DNA from: Candidatus Moraniibacteriota bacterium | GTDB lineage: Bacteria; Patescibacteriota; Minisyncoccia; Moranbacterales; UBA1568 | Assembly (NCBI GenBank): GCA_030648835.1 | Contig: JAUSGT010000002.1 | Coordinates: 565,458 to 629,457 of the forward strand | Direction of reading: 5' to 3' | Length of the DNA stretch: 64,000 nucleotides | In this document: piece by piece, positions 18,214 through 27,431 of the stretch | Numbering within the stretch: the first letter of the stretch is position 1 | Layout of the letters: every line of letters starts with the position of its first letter | Position numbers and translations under genes: made by a program | Notes under the pieces: generated by a model | What the model saw: the letters and a program-made list of their open reading frames with translations, nothing else | The model's database searches: none | Told to the model about the DNA's origin: nothing

Positions 18214-19992
18214 TTAGGCCTCCAGCGCTTGCCACTCCTCGTGTGTTTGGGTATATTTTTGCCACATCTCGGCGAAGAGTTGTGATTTTTGCAAAAGTTC
18301 GTTGAAACTCCCGAAAGCGCTGATAATGCCTTTATCGAAGATATAAATCGTGTCAAACATCCTCAGAAGATGGAGCTTGTGGATGGAGGCGATAATGGTT
18401 TTATCGGCGTACGTGGAAAAAATATTTTCATAAATAGCGATCTCATTTTGAGCATCGACACTGCTCGTCGATTCATCGAGAAGAATCATCGATTTATCTT
18501 CCGATGCCAAGAGTCCCCTGACAAGAGCCAGACGCTGTTTCTCTCCACCGCTCAGGTTCACTCCCCGCTCTACGACGGATGATTCCAGTCCGTTCGGCAA
18601 CCGTTCAACCACAGAGCTAAAACGAGCGATGTCCATATACTTCTGTATCTCATTTTCCGTACGATCCACTCCCATTGTGATGTTTTCCCGAATGGTAGTC
18701 GCGAATATTTCCGGCTCCTGTGGGATAAGAGCGATATCGTTCTTCATGGAAATAAACCCATCCGGCAATTCACGACCATCGAGACTCACCGTGACACTCG
18801 CCGGCGTATACAAGCCGCGGATAATCTTGAGAAAAGTAGTTTTGCCACTGCCACTCTCCCCGATGACGGCGATTTTCTCACCGCGCCGGATGGAAAGGCT
18901 CACATTATCCAGATGCAGATCCGCGTCATCCTGGCTGTGGTAAGAAAAGGTAAGCGAGCGGATATTGCAAATCTTCCACTCGTGTACAATGTCCCCTTCT
19001 GGTTCAACTGCGCGGAAATTATCGGAAAGCTCTTCGGCATTCTGGATGGACGTGCGCCAGCGTACCGTATCGCTATAGAGATCGGCAAAATTGTAGAATA
19101 TTTCATTGATCCGTCCGGTGTAGCTGTACAAGGCAAACAAGGTTCCAACAAGGATGACTTCTCCATGCAGTAAAGCAAAATAACCATAGAATCCCAGAAC
19201 GAACGCTATCATCGTGCCGCTCACCATGCTAGCGGTGAACCATTTCCATTCATTCAACTTGGTATTCCCGGCATACAACGGAAACGGTTTCATGATATTT
19301 TTCCACAGATCTTTGGAGAGTAATTGTTCCACACGCAGGATAATCACCGTGGAAATGTTGCTGATGACATCATAAATCTTTGCCGAAATCTTGTTTTCCG
19401 CAGAGTTGAGAAGCCGATACTGTTTCACCAGCGTCTTGTCGAACCGCATGATGATGCGGATAGCAATCAAGGTGACTAAGAGCACGATAAAGATAGTGTT
19501 CAGATTGAAAAGCGCTAAAGCAATGATAGATCCGATAAAGCGTACCCCTGTTTCGATGAACCGGAAGCCATGCTCGGAAAAATTGAAAAGAGCCTTGGTT
19601 CCCTTCTCGATCTTGTCGATGGTATCGCCCGAGTGATGTTCCGTGTGCCATTCGAGTGGCAGTCCGATAGTTCCGTCCAGAAGATATCGTTTGTAATTGG
19701 CACGCACGAGAAAGGCATTGCATTCTTCGAGGACGCGCGCGGGACCGTGAAAAATCCAAAAAGCGATCGTTTGAAGAATAAACAGGCTGAGAAGAATGAA
19801 AAAAGTATGCAGGTTGGCAAAAGTTATCCCCTGCTCCTGAACGGTGTTTAAGATCTTCGCTACGATAAGCGGTTCAAGCAAACTGACGGCATTGGCGGCA
19901 ACAAAAAGGAAAAAATAAAGAACTACTCGGGAGCGGTTGCTCTCGGAAAATTTCCACATCTTGCGTGCCAAGAAAAAAATTGGGTTATTCAT
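18214..19992 (-). CDS. ABC transporter, fused permease/ATP-binding (type I exporter, MsbA-like)
   Basis: Six-TM N-terminal domain, Walker A GESGSGKTT, signature LSGGEKQRLALVRGL, Walker B ILLDE. Confidence 0.8.
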   Translation of the reverse strand: MNNPIFFLARKMWKFSESNRSRVVLYFFLFVAANAVSLLEPLIVAKILNTVQEQGITFANLHTFFILLSLFILQTIAFWIFHGPARVLEECNAFLVRANYKRYLLDGTIGLPLEWHTEHHSGDTIDKIEKGTKALFNFSEHGFRFIETGVRFIGSIIALALFNLNTIFIVLLVTLIAIRIIMRFDKTLVKQYRLLNSAENKISAKIYDVISNISTVIILRVEQLLSKDLWKNIMKPFPLYAGNTKLNEWKWFTASMVSGTMIAFVLGFYGYFALLHGEVILVGTLFALYSYTGRINEIFYNFADLYSDTVRWRTSIQNAEELSDNFRAVEPEGDIVHEWKICNIRSLTFSYHSQDDADLHLDNVSLSIRRGEKIAVIGESGSGKTTFLKIIRGLYTPASVTVSLDGRELPDGFISMKNDIALIPQEPEIFATTIRENITMGVDRTENEIQKYMDIARFSSVVERLPNGLESSVVERGVNLSGGEKQRLALVRGLLASEDKSMILLDESTSSVDAQNEIAIYENIFSTYADKTIIASIHKLHLLRMFDTIYIFDKGIISAFGSFNELLQKSQLFAEMWQKYTQTHEEWQALEA

Positions 19993-20091
19993 AATTCAAT
20001 AATGAAACATACTATACCACAAAATCGCTTATATGGCAACACAACCTACAAAGTATTAAAAAATCGCCTAAAAATGACGACTTTTCAATGT

Positions 20092-20163
20092 AGCTGGGGA
20101 GGAAGGGATCGAACCTTCGCATGGTGGGACCAGAACCCACTGCCTTACCGCTTGGCTACTCCC
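20092..20163 (-). tRNA. tRNA-Gln (anticodon CTG)
   Basis: Cloverleaf read by hand: acceptor TGGGGAG/CTCCCCA, D-arm GCC...GGC, anticodon stem GTGGG/CCCAC with loop TTCTGGT, T-arm GAAGG TTCGATC CCTTC. CCA not encoded. Confidence 0.8.
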
Positions 20164-20339
20164 CAAAATCAATTAGCAAATAACAATTAACAGTTAACAA
20201 AAACACAAATACTCCCCTATTCTACAGGAAAACAGATTTTTTTCAAGAGAAAAAAACACGCGCCGCAACCACTTTCTGGTCACGGCGTCGCGATGAGACG
20301 AATCTATCTCTCTATTTATTTGAAACGCAGATCCCTCGT

Positions 20340-20981
20340 TCAGCATCCGCTACGCAACTTTACCAGCGTTTCCTGTACTTCTTCGACATATATGTCGTAA
20401 CGGTACGCAAGAGGTAACCAAAAACGTTCGATTTCTAGCGCTTTTTGACAAATCTTCTCGTTTGTCGGATTCCAAAGCGTGTGTCCGTTATGCCATACAT
20501 CACCCAACTTCCACACCGCGGCATGCTTGGGCGCGTCGCGGAAAAAGTTGAGGCAATAAGCTTCTCGCGCTTGCTGCTTATTTTTTATATGATCGAAGCG
20601 CCGCATATTGCCCCAATCGACGATGATGGCGACATCTCTTCCGAACGTTCCTTCCATCCGTTCGATTGGCCAGATCTCGGGTTTATCCTCCGGCATATCA
20701 TGGTCAAGAGCGGCGATAATGACTTGCGGCCGATGTAAACCATACATCTCAATAACAAATGAGGCCACGGCTTTGGGGTGTTCCGCGTACGCCTCGCCAC
20801 TATCCCGAGCATCGCCGTCGTGAGCCTCACGCATTGATTCATAGGCTTTGGTAACGGAGCGGTACACATCAGAGCCATATGGGTACCGTGAACGCACACG
20901 GCTGAAGATAAATCCCTCGCTCTGCGCGGGAGTACGGTCAAGAATCGCGCGTAATCCTGGTTGCATGATATACCTCCTCAA
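20340..20981 (-). CDS. HD-domain protein, RelA/SpoT-type (p)ppGpp hydrolase-like (small alarmone hydrolase candidate)
   Basis: EHPKAVASFVIEMYGL...IIAALDHDMPED resembles the SpoT HD motif H-P...AALLHDxxED. Confidence 0.5.
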   Translation of the reverse strand: MRRYIMQPGLRAILDRTPAQSEGFIFSRVRSRYPYGSDVYRSVTKAYESMREAHDGDARDSGEAYAEHPKAVASFVIEMYGLHRPQVIIAALDHDMPEDKPEIWPIERMEGTFGRDVAIIVDWGNMRRFDHIKNKQQAREAYCLNFFRDAPKHAAVWKLGDVWHNGHTLWNPTNEKICQKALEIERFWLPLAYRYDIYVEEVQETLVKLRSGC

Positions 20982-21076
20982 TTGGTAATTGATTGGGTTG
21001 GTAAATAACCGAACACTTTAAAGTAAAACAAAAAGTTGCCTCTGTCAAGGCAACCTGAGGCTCCATTTAAAACATT

Positions 21077-21991
21077 TCAGACCTTCAGATAGCGCCGAAT
21101 AGCAATGGCGCTTGAGACAACGCCAAGAGAGATACCGAGAAGTATCAATCCGCCGAGAATGTACCAGAACGAGTCAAGGTAAAGATTCAGAAGATTCCCC
21201 TGAGGCAAAGCTCCTTGGGTGAACGGGGAAAAATAATACGCCATACCGAAAAGGAGAGCTGTCGTGATGATTGCCGCAACCAAACCATAGAGCGCCCCCT
21301 CAAAAACAAACGGCATTCGCACATAGATATTGGAAGCGCCTACGAGACGCATAATCTCAAATTCCTGGCGATGAGAATAGATGGTAATACGTATTGTGTT
21401 GAAAGTGATGAGGATAGCCACAAAAATAAATATGGACCCCAGTATCAAGCCGGCTTTTTTTGTCGTCTGATTGATGTGATCAAGCCGCTCAAAAATCTTC
21501 TTGTTCTTGGCATAATTGATACGGCTGATATCGTTCTGAAACGTCGAACCCTCGATCTGGGTCACGATAAGCGGATAGTCCTCCGGTTTTACCGCTTTGA
21601 TAATGAGCGATGCCAAAAGCGGATTCTCTCCGATTTCTTTGATGGCTTGAGCGATAATCGGATCATTGCCGCTCTCCGCCAAGAATGTTTCCAGCGCCTT
21701 GTCGCGCGAAACATATTCTATGAAAACGATCTCTTTTGTATATTTGGAAAGCTCATTTTTTATTTGGAGAATTCGCTCTTCCGTCACGTCCGGATTGAAA
21801 GAAACGCTCACGCTCACCTTGGAGCGCATATTTTCCAGTATCAGGCTGGTGGTCACACCGATAAGGAACGAAAGGCTCACGATAAAAAGCGAGAGGGTTA
21901 GGATACTGACCGTCGCGAATGTCAGCCAACCATTACGGCGGAAATTTTCTTTCCCTTCTTTGAATGTGCGCCAGAGCTTGAGCGTTTTCAT
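21077..21991 (-). CDS. ftsX: Cell division ABC transporter permease FtsX
   Basis: Four TM helices, a large periplasmic loop, and position immediately downstream of ftsE. Confidence 0.7.
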   Translation of the reverse strand: MKTLKLWRTFKEGKENFRRNGWLTFATVSILTLSLFIVSLSFLIGVTTSLILENMRSKVSVSVSFNPDVTEERILQIKNELSKYTKEIVFIEYVSRDKALETFLAESGNDPIIAQAIKEIGENPLLASLIIKAVKPEDYPLIVTQIEGSTFQNDISRINYAKNKKIFERLDHINQTTKKAGLILGSIFIFVAILITFNTIRITIYSHRQEFEIMRLVGASNIYVRMPFVFEGALYGLVAAIITTALLFGMAYYFSPFTQGALPQGNLLNLYLDSFWYILGGLILLGISLGVVSSAIAIRRYLKV

Positions 21992-21996
21992 ATCGC

Positions 21997-22698
21997 TTAT
22001 TGTAACATATATTTGCCCTTGTCCTGGTCATGAGAAATCCGACCCTTGTTGATAAGAATAACACGCTTGCCCAATTTGTCGACGACGCCCTTGTTGTGTG
22101 TCGCGAGAAGCACGGTCGTACCGAAGGAATTGATTTGGAGGAGCAACTGAATGATTTCGTTGGCCGAAACAGGATCAAGGTTACCGGTAGGTTCATCGGC
22201 GATGATCACTTTGGGACGATGGATGAGCGCCCGCGCGAGAGAGACACGCTGTTGCTCCCCTCCGGATAACTGTCTCGGAAAGTGATACATTTTATCCCCA
22301 AGCCCCACGATTTCAAGAATTTCCGGTACCTCCAGATCAATATCTGCGGTGCTCCGACCATCGACTTCCAAAGCGTAAGCGACGTTTTCGAAAGCGGTCC
22401 GCTCCGGCAACAATTTGAAATCCTGAAATACCGTCCCAATATTGCGGCGAAAAAACGGCAAATGTTTGCGACTGATATGACTCAAAGGTCGCTCATTGAA
22501 ATAAATTTCACCCTCGGTCGGTTCCTCCTCCGCGTAAATAAGTTTGAGCAATGTCGATTTCCCGGCACCGCTCGCGCCAACGATAGAAATAAACTCTCCC
22601 GGCTGAACAGATAAGTTGATACCTGTAAGTACACTAACATCGCCAGGAAAAATCTTGGCAACATTTTCAAAGCGGATAATAGGTTGGGTGGCTGGCAT
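21997..22698 (-). CDS. ftsE: Cell division ATP-binding protein FtsE
   Basis: Walker [25 protein letters not shown], Walker [12 protein letters not shown]. FtsE-size protein. Confidence 0.8.
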   Translation of the reverse strand: MPATQPIIRFENVAKIFPGDVSVLTGINLSVQPGEFISIVGASGAGKSTLLKLIYAEEEPTEGEIYFNERPLSHISRKHLPFFRRNIGTVFQDFKLLPERTAFENVAYALEVDGRSTADIDLEVPEILEIVGLGDKMYHFPRQLSGGEQQRVSLARALIHRPKVIIADEPTGNLDPVSANEIIQLLLQINSFGTTVLLATHNKGVVDKLGKRVILINKGRISHDQDKGKYMLQ

Positions 22699-22726
22699 AT
22701 ATTTTTTGTTTTACCGGAATGAATAC

Positions 22727-23819
22727 TTAATGGGACTGTAAGTAACGCAATTCGCTTTCGATAAAAGCTTGTAAATGACCGTCAAGCACCGAACCGGTAT
22801 CACTGGTTTCGGTAGCGGTCCGATGATCTTTGACGAGCGTATAAGGATGCAGCACATACGAGCGAATCTGATTGCCCCATTCGACGCTTTTAAATTCCCC
22901 GCGCAGCTTTCTTTTTTCCGCCGCCTGTTCCTCGATATGTTTTTGCGCCAGTTTGGCAAGAAGCATTTTCATCGCTTCTTCTTTATTTTGCAGTTGAGAG
23001 CGCTCGCTCTGACTGCTGGCGACGAGACCGGTCGGGATATGCGTGACGCGCACGGCGCTTTCGGTCTTGTTCACATTCTGACCGCCGGCACCCGATGAAC
23101 GATAGGTATCGATACGCAAATCATCTTGCTTGACAGAAAGCATCGCCACATCATCGATGACCGGCATCACTTCCACCGAAGCAAACGATGTCTGACGCAA
23201 ACTGTTGGCGTTGAACGGAGAAAGTCTCACCAGGCGATGAATGCCGGCCTCCCCGCGCAAATAACCGTAGGCATACATCCCTATTATTTCAATAGTGGCG
23301 CTCTTGATTCCGGCCTCGCCTCCGCGTGACTCATCGAGAAGACGCGTTTTCCACCCGCTATTCTCGGCATACCTGAGATACATCCTGAGAAGCATTTCCG
23401 CCCAATCTTGGGCATCTACCCCTCCCGCGCCACTTCTTACCGTCAGAAGGGCGTTTTTTGGGTCATATTCACCTCCCAGAAGTGTCTTCAACTCCCATTC
23501 ATTCAGGGCTTTCTCGACGAGCGCAGATTCCCTTTCCAACTCCTCGGCATCTTGTGGTTTCAAGTCTTCCAAAAGGGCAAAACTGGCCAGGTCAGTGAGA
23601 GTTTTCTTCAGACGTTCATAAGAAGCACGTTCGTTCTCCAGAGCTTCCAGTTCCTGCATCACGCGCCCGGCAGCCTTTGGATCATTCCAAAAATGAGGTT
23701 GCTCACTTTGCAGACGGAGTTCCTCTCTACGAACTTTTTTCCGCCCGACGTCAAAGATAGTCCTGCAACTGCAGGAGTTTTTGTTGAAGAACCGCAACTT
23801 TTTCTTGCATCGTATTCAT
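22727..23819 (-). CDS. prfB: Peptide chain release factor 2 with programmed +1 frameshift (CTT TGA C) at 23751-23756
   Basis: SPF and GGQ motifs. A frame-0 leader ATG AAT ACG ... GAC TAT CTT TGA at 23819-23751 rejoins the main ORF in the +1 frame (DVGRKKVRREELRL...). An AGGA precedes the shift site. Confidence 0.8.
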
Positions 23820-23932
23820 ACGTTTGTCAGTATAACATATAAACTGTATCGAAAAAAGTGGGGTGGGTTGAAAAATTTTCCATTATCCTGTAGGATAAGA
23901 AACGTTTTGAAAAGATCAAAATATGCCGATGT

Positions 23933-23960
23933 AGCTCAGTTGGTAGAGCGGCACATTTCC
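23933..23960 (+). pseudogene. tRNA 5'-half remnant (acceptor + D-arm only)
   Basis: GCCGATGTAGCTCAGTTGGTAGAGCG is near-identical to the 5' end of the adjacent tRNA-Thr. No anticodon stem, T-arm or complementary 3' acceptor strand downstream. Confidence 0.4.
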
Positions 23961-24005
23961 TCCAAAGGGCGGATAAACTCCACGCGCAGATTTACAAAAA
24001 GAAAC

Positions 24006-24078
24006 GCCAAGATAGCTCAGTTGGTAGAGCAATGCATTCGTAACGCATAGGTCCCGGGTTCGAATCCCGGTCTTGGCT
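24006..24078 (+). tRNA. tRNA-Thr (anticodon CGT)
   Basis: Acceptor GCCAAGA/TCTTGGC, D-arm GCTC AGTTGGTA GAGC, anticodon loop TTCGTAA, T-arm CCGGG TTCGAAT CCCGG. Confidence 0.8.
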
Positions 24079-24085
24079 CAAAAAG

Positions 24086-24114
24086 TTGACACCGAAAGCA
24101 TAGTGTACTAGATT
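24086..24114 (+). promoter_or_regulatory. Putative promoter immediately 3' of tRNA-Thr
   Basis: TTGACA at 24086-24091, 17-nt spacer, weak -10 TAGATT. Confidence 0.3.
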
Positions 24115-24226
24115 ACACATATGAAAAACATATTCCAAAATTCTTCTTGCGCTTATTATACTGGTCTTTATCTCCTAAAGGCTGGTAGCGCTTTGTAATA
24201 CATTCGAAACTATTAGAAAGCATAAT

Positions 24227-24248
24227 CGAGCCTTTAGGCTCGTTTTTT
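24227..24248 (+). terminator. Rho-independent terminator
   Basis: CGAGCC-TTTA-GGCTCG followed by TTTTTT. Confidence 0.5.
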
Positions 24249-24294
24249 GTATATCCATACGAAAAAAGTAGTCCGTTAACAATGAGGAGAAAAA

Positions 24295-25362
24295 ATGAAA
24301 ACCATTGCCATAATCGGTGTCGGAGTGGTCGGGAGCGCGTTCGCAGAATTCTTTGAATGCAAGCACAAAGTGCTTCGCGTCGATCTCGACACGGAACTCA
24401 CACTAGAAGACGCGGCGCGGGTTGCGGACGTGGTCTTCATCGTCACGCTGCCTATCGAAGGCGTGGCGACGCTTTTCGCCCGCGCAGTCAGCGTCATGCG
24501 GCCCGGTACGCTGCTCATCCATGGAACGTCTATCGAAAATCCTACTGCCCCGCATCATATTGATACGACACTAGCCATCGAAAAAGGCATAACCGCTTGT
24601 CACTGCCACCTTCATTTCAAGCCAGAAATACCACTCGCCAGAACCTTGTTCGGACAGAATGTCTCCATTTCTATCGTTGGGAAAAACGAAAAAATTTGGG
24701 GAGATTGGCTGGAACATGAATTTATGCCGTTTCAACCGCTGCTGCATCATCTCAAGCCGGGCGAACATGACAACATAACCGTCGTCAGCCAACTCGTCCA
24801 TACGATTGTCACGGCCGTGATCGGAGCTGCATGGCAAAAGATTCCTTCGCAAATCGTAACAAAAGGAATTGGTATTGGAGGACCGCCTTGCCGTTTTCTC
24901 ATCCGCTCGATCTTCCGTACTGCGTCTGCCGGAAAAGTTATGAGTAGCATTTTGTTCAACCACCCACTTGCCCTTGCTTTTATCGAACATGTGGAGGAAG
25001 CACTCCAAGAGCTCAAAAATCTTATTCGCAAAAAAGATGAGGCATCGCTAGAAACGATGCTCGGCGCGGCAAGAAAGATATTTGACCAGAAAAAACTCGC
25101 AGCTTGGGACGAATCCACCAGCCGGCTCATCCGATTGGAAGCGGACATGCAAAAGACGGTGGCAGCATTTCGTTTTCCTGCAGAGAAAAATATATCCGGT
25201 CTGCTGGAAAAGATTCTTCATGAATTTGGCAAACGTGGTATCGATATGACGTCGACCATCGCCCAGGTCACGCCTGACGGTGGCTGTATCATCATGATCG
25301 GTGTCAAAGAAAACAGCCCGGCCGTGCAAGAAGCCGAAACGGAAATTAGAAAATGGATGTGA
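24295..25362 (+). CDS. Prephenate/arogenate dehydrogenase family protein (TyrA-like) with C-terminal ACT-like domain
   Basis: N-terminal Rossmann IAIIGVGVVGSAF, and an HDNITVVSQLVHTIV segment resembling the TyrA core. Locus looks GC-richer than its neighbours. Confidence 0.5.
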   Translation: MKTIAIIGVGVVGSAFAEFFECKHKVLRVDLDTELTLEDAARVADVVFIVTLPIEGVATLFARAVSVMRPGTLLIHGTSIENPTAPHHIDTTLAIEKGITACHCHLHFKPEIPLARTLFGQNVSISIVGKNEKIWGDWLEHEFMPFQPLLHHLKPGEHDNITVVSQLVHTIVTAVIGAAWQKIPSQIVTKGIGIGGPPCRFLIRSIFRTASAGKVMSSILFNHPLALAFIEHVEEALQELKNLIRKKDEASLETMLGAARKIFDQKKLAAWDESTSRLIRLEADMQKTVAAFRFPAEKNISGLLEKILHEFGKRGIDMTSTIAQVTPDGGCIIMIGVKENSPAVQEAETEIRKWM

Positions 25363-25458
25363 GATCCATACAGTACCATGACCTCCTTTTCAATCGCACT
25401 CACACAAAGCCCCCGAGGATAAATCCAGAGGGGCTTTTTCTTTTTGTAACAAAATTCA

Positions 25459-26529
25459 TCACTTCGCCAACTCAGCATCGATAGCTGCTTTCAGAGCGTC
25501 AAGCCCGACAGCGCCAGACAAGAAAGTTCCATTCACGAATGTTCCTGGCGTACCGCTGATAAAAAAGCTGGCGGCTTGTGTCTTATCGGCATCCACCTTG
25601 TACTGATATTTTTTCGTATCCAGACACTTCGCGAATTCCCGCCCATTCATACCATAGCGCCATGCATAATCCTTGAATTTCTGGGTACCGGTTGTTTTTG
25701 CCCACTCATCTTGCTTGACGAAAAGGTTGTCGGCATACGCCTGAAATTTCCCCTGCTCATTGGCGCACGAGACAGACAGCGCCGCGTTGTTCGCCTGCGG
25801 ATGAATGGAAAGTGGCAGATGTTTGTAAACAAACAATATTTTATCTCCATACTCCTTACGTGCCTGATTGAGATCAGCCTGAAACGCTTTGCAATACGGG
25901 CACTGGAAATCGGAGAACTCAATAATCTTCACCTTAGCGTCCTTGGCACCGGCCATAATATCATCGTCATCGATTTCCGGCAATTTCAGATATTTCCCCA
26001 CCGGCAAACCGATTTTTCCCATATCGAAAAAATAGCTGCCGCTCTCCGTTACAAACAGACTCGAAGCTTGGGTATAAAAATCAGTCCCTATTACGCTGTC
26101 CGAAAAAATGAAAGCCGGCAGAGAGACTATGTCGAAACGCTCGATCAGAAGCTTGCCTAAATAAGAATCACTTTCAACGGATGAAACTTCCAGCGTCGGC
26201 ACCACCCGGCGCAGCCAAAGAAGCGCTTCACTCGGATCGCACTCGGCACAACTCCTGTCCGTAACAACCTGGACTGCCACTTTCGGGTCGTTGTAAGCCA
26301 CCCAGGTCTTGCCGCCGGTTTCGAGCAGATCATAATTCTTCACGGCACCGCGAGAAAACCCCCTGCCCACCGTCAGTTGGGCGAAATCCACAAACAGACT
26401 GCCGAGAAACAACCCCGCGAGAAGGATTGCCAACGCGGACAAGTTCTTCACTTTCTCTTTTTCGGTTTCCGTCTTTTCGATTTTATCGGGAAAAAGCGTT
26501 TCCATAATCTCACATATGACATTAAACAA
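25459..26529 (-). CDS. DsbA-family thiol:disulfide oxidoreductase (thioredoxin fold, CPYC)
   Basis: N-terminal TM helix, a first Trx-like region with CAEC, and a second with canonical FQCPYCKAF. Confidence 0.55.
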   Translation of the reverse strand: MFNVICEIMETLFPDKIEKTETEKEKVKNLSALAILLAGLFLGSLFVDFAQLTVGRGFSRGAVKNYDLLETGGKTWVAYNDPKVAVQVVTDRSCAECDPSEALLWLRRVVPTLEVSSVESDSYLGKLLIERFDIVSLPAFIFSDSVIGTDFYTQASSLFVTESGSYFFDMGKIGLPVGKYLKLPEIDDDDIMAGAKDAKVKIIEFSDFQCPYCKAFQADLNQARKEYGDKILFVYKHLPLSIHPQANNAALSVSCANEQGKFQAYADNLFVKQDEWAKTTGTQKFKDYAWRYGMNGREFAKCLDTKKYQYKVDADKTQAASFFISGTPGTFVNGTFLSGAVGLDALKAAIDAELAK

Positions 26530-27027
26530 TTACTCCGAACACACGCCGGCAGATATGGCATCGTTCTCTATGAACGCGTTGCCATTCTCAGTCACTTTCT
26601 TTTGAACAGCATTCATATTGAGAAGCCTCTCCTTGGAAGGCAACGTGTAGTCCTCAAAACCGATGGTAATAGTTTGTGACGCCGCTGTTTTGAGACCGTA
26701 GCCAACCAAGAACGCCACGATAAAAAGCACTACCAAATCACGCCTGGTATACTCGCTTTGGACTACCAGACGCGTGTACAGAGATTTCAAAAAGTTTTCC
26801 CCATCTTTCCGAAGGGTATTCTTACGAAGTCGCGCCCACACATCTTCGCTATGGGGCAATCGTCCCAAAAGTCTAAAAAAGGATTTTTTTACATCGCGCA
26901 GGGTGTCAGACAGCTTTTTTCGCAACGTATGCAAATGTTTCCTGAAAAAGTATATGTTGTATTTCATATATCCTATCCTCATTCCACTGATGGGAAAGCT
27001 AAAAAAGGTGATAGGGTAAGCTATCAC
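26530..27027 (-). CDS. Hypothetical single-pass membrane protein
   Basis: ORF with one TM helix (LVVLFIVAFLVGYGL). Abuts the dsbA-like gene. No recognisable domain. Confidence 0.35.
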   Translation of the reverse strand: MIAYPITFFSFPISGMRIGYMKYNIYFFRKHLHTLRKKLSDTLRDVKKSFFRLLGRLPHSEDVWARLRKNTLRKDGENFLKSLYTRLVVQSEYTRRDLVVLFIVAFLVGYGLKTAASQTITIGFEDYTLPSKERLLNMNAVQKKVTENGNAFIENDAISAGVCSE

Positions 27028-27052
27028 AAGATAGGTAACGGAGCAAGTGCTT

Positions 27053-27415
27053 TCAAAGTTTTGTTATATCTTCCAGAACCGTATCCAAGTCTTCAAGACT
27101 TTTGGAGCCGAGACCATCAGCCCGGCAGGATGGATCACGAAGCTCCTGACGCACCCTCTCTACCGCCAGAAACGGCTTCACCCCTTTGACAATATTGTCA
27201 TTGATAGCGATATTGGGCCCCTCTTTGCAGAAATTGAAACATTCATACACCGGCAAGACCAAGGCCTCTTCTTTCGACAGCCCTTCTTTCAGATTTGCGT
27301 AAATTTCCTCTGCGCCTTTTTGGCAGCAGTCTTTGTGCAGACACACCTTGATGGTAGCCCGGGTGTCTTTGGATTGTGAATTTTCTTCCGGCATAAGTGT
27401 TAGTGCAAGATACAC
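27053..27415 (-). CDS. Thioredoxin-like [2Fe-2S] ferredoxin family protein (tentative)
   Basis: Cys pattern CLHKDCC...CFNFC typical of Trx-like ferredoxins. Confidence 0.4.
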   Translation of the reverse strand: MYLALTLMPEENSQSKDTRATIKVCLHKDCCQKGAEEIYANLKEGLSKEEALVLPVYECFNFCKEGPNIAINDNIVKGVKPFLAVERVRQELRDPSCRADGLGSKSLEDLDTVLEDITKL

Positions 27416-27431
27416 GATAATAAATGAGACT

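Noticed and set aside
23933-24005. Possible complete intron-containing tRNA upstream of tRNA-Thr
   Set aside because: No anticodon stem pairing, no T-loop (TTCRANY) and no 3' strand complementary to GCCGATG within 100 nt. Called a 5' fragment instead.
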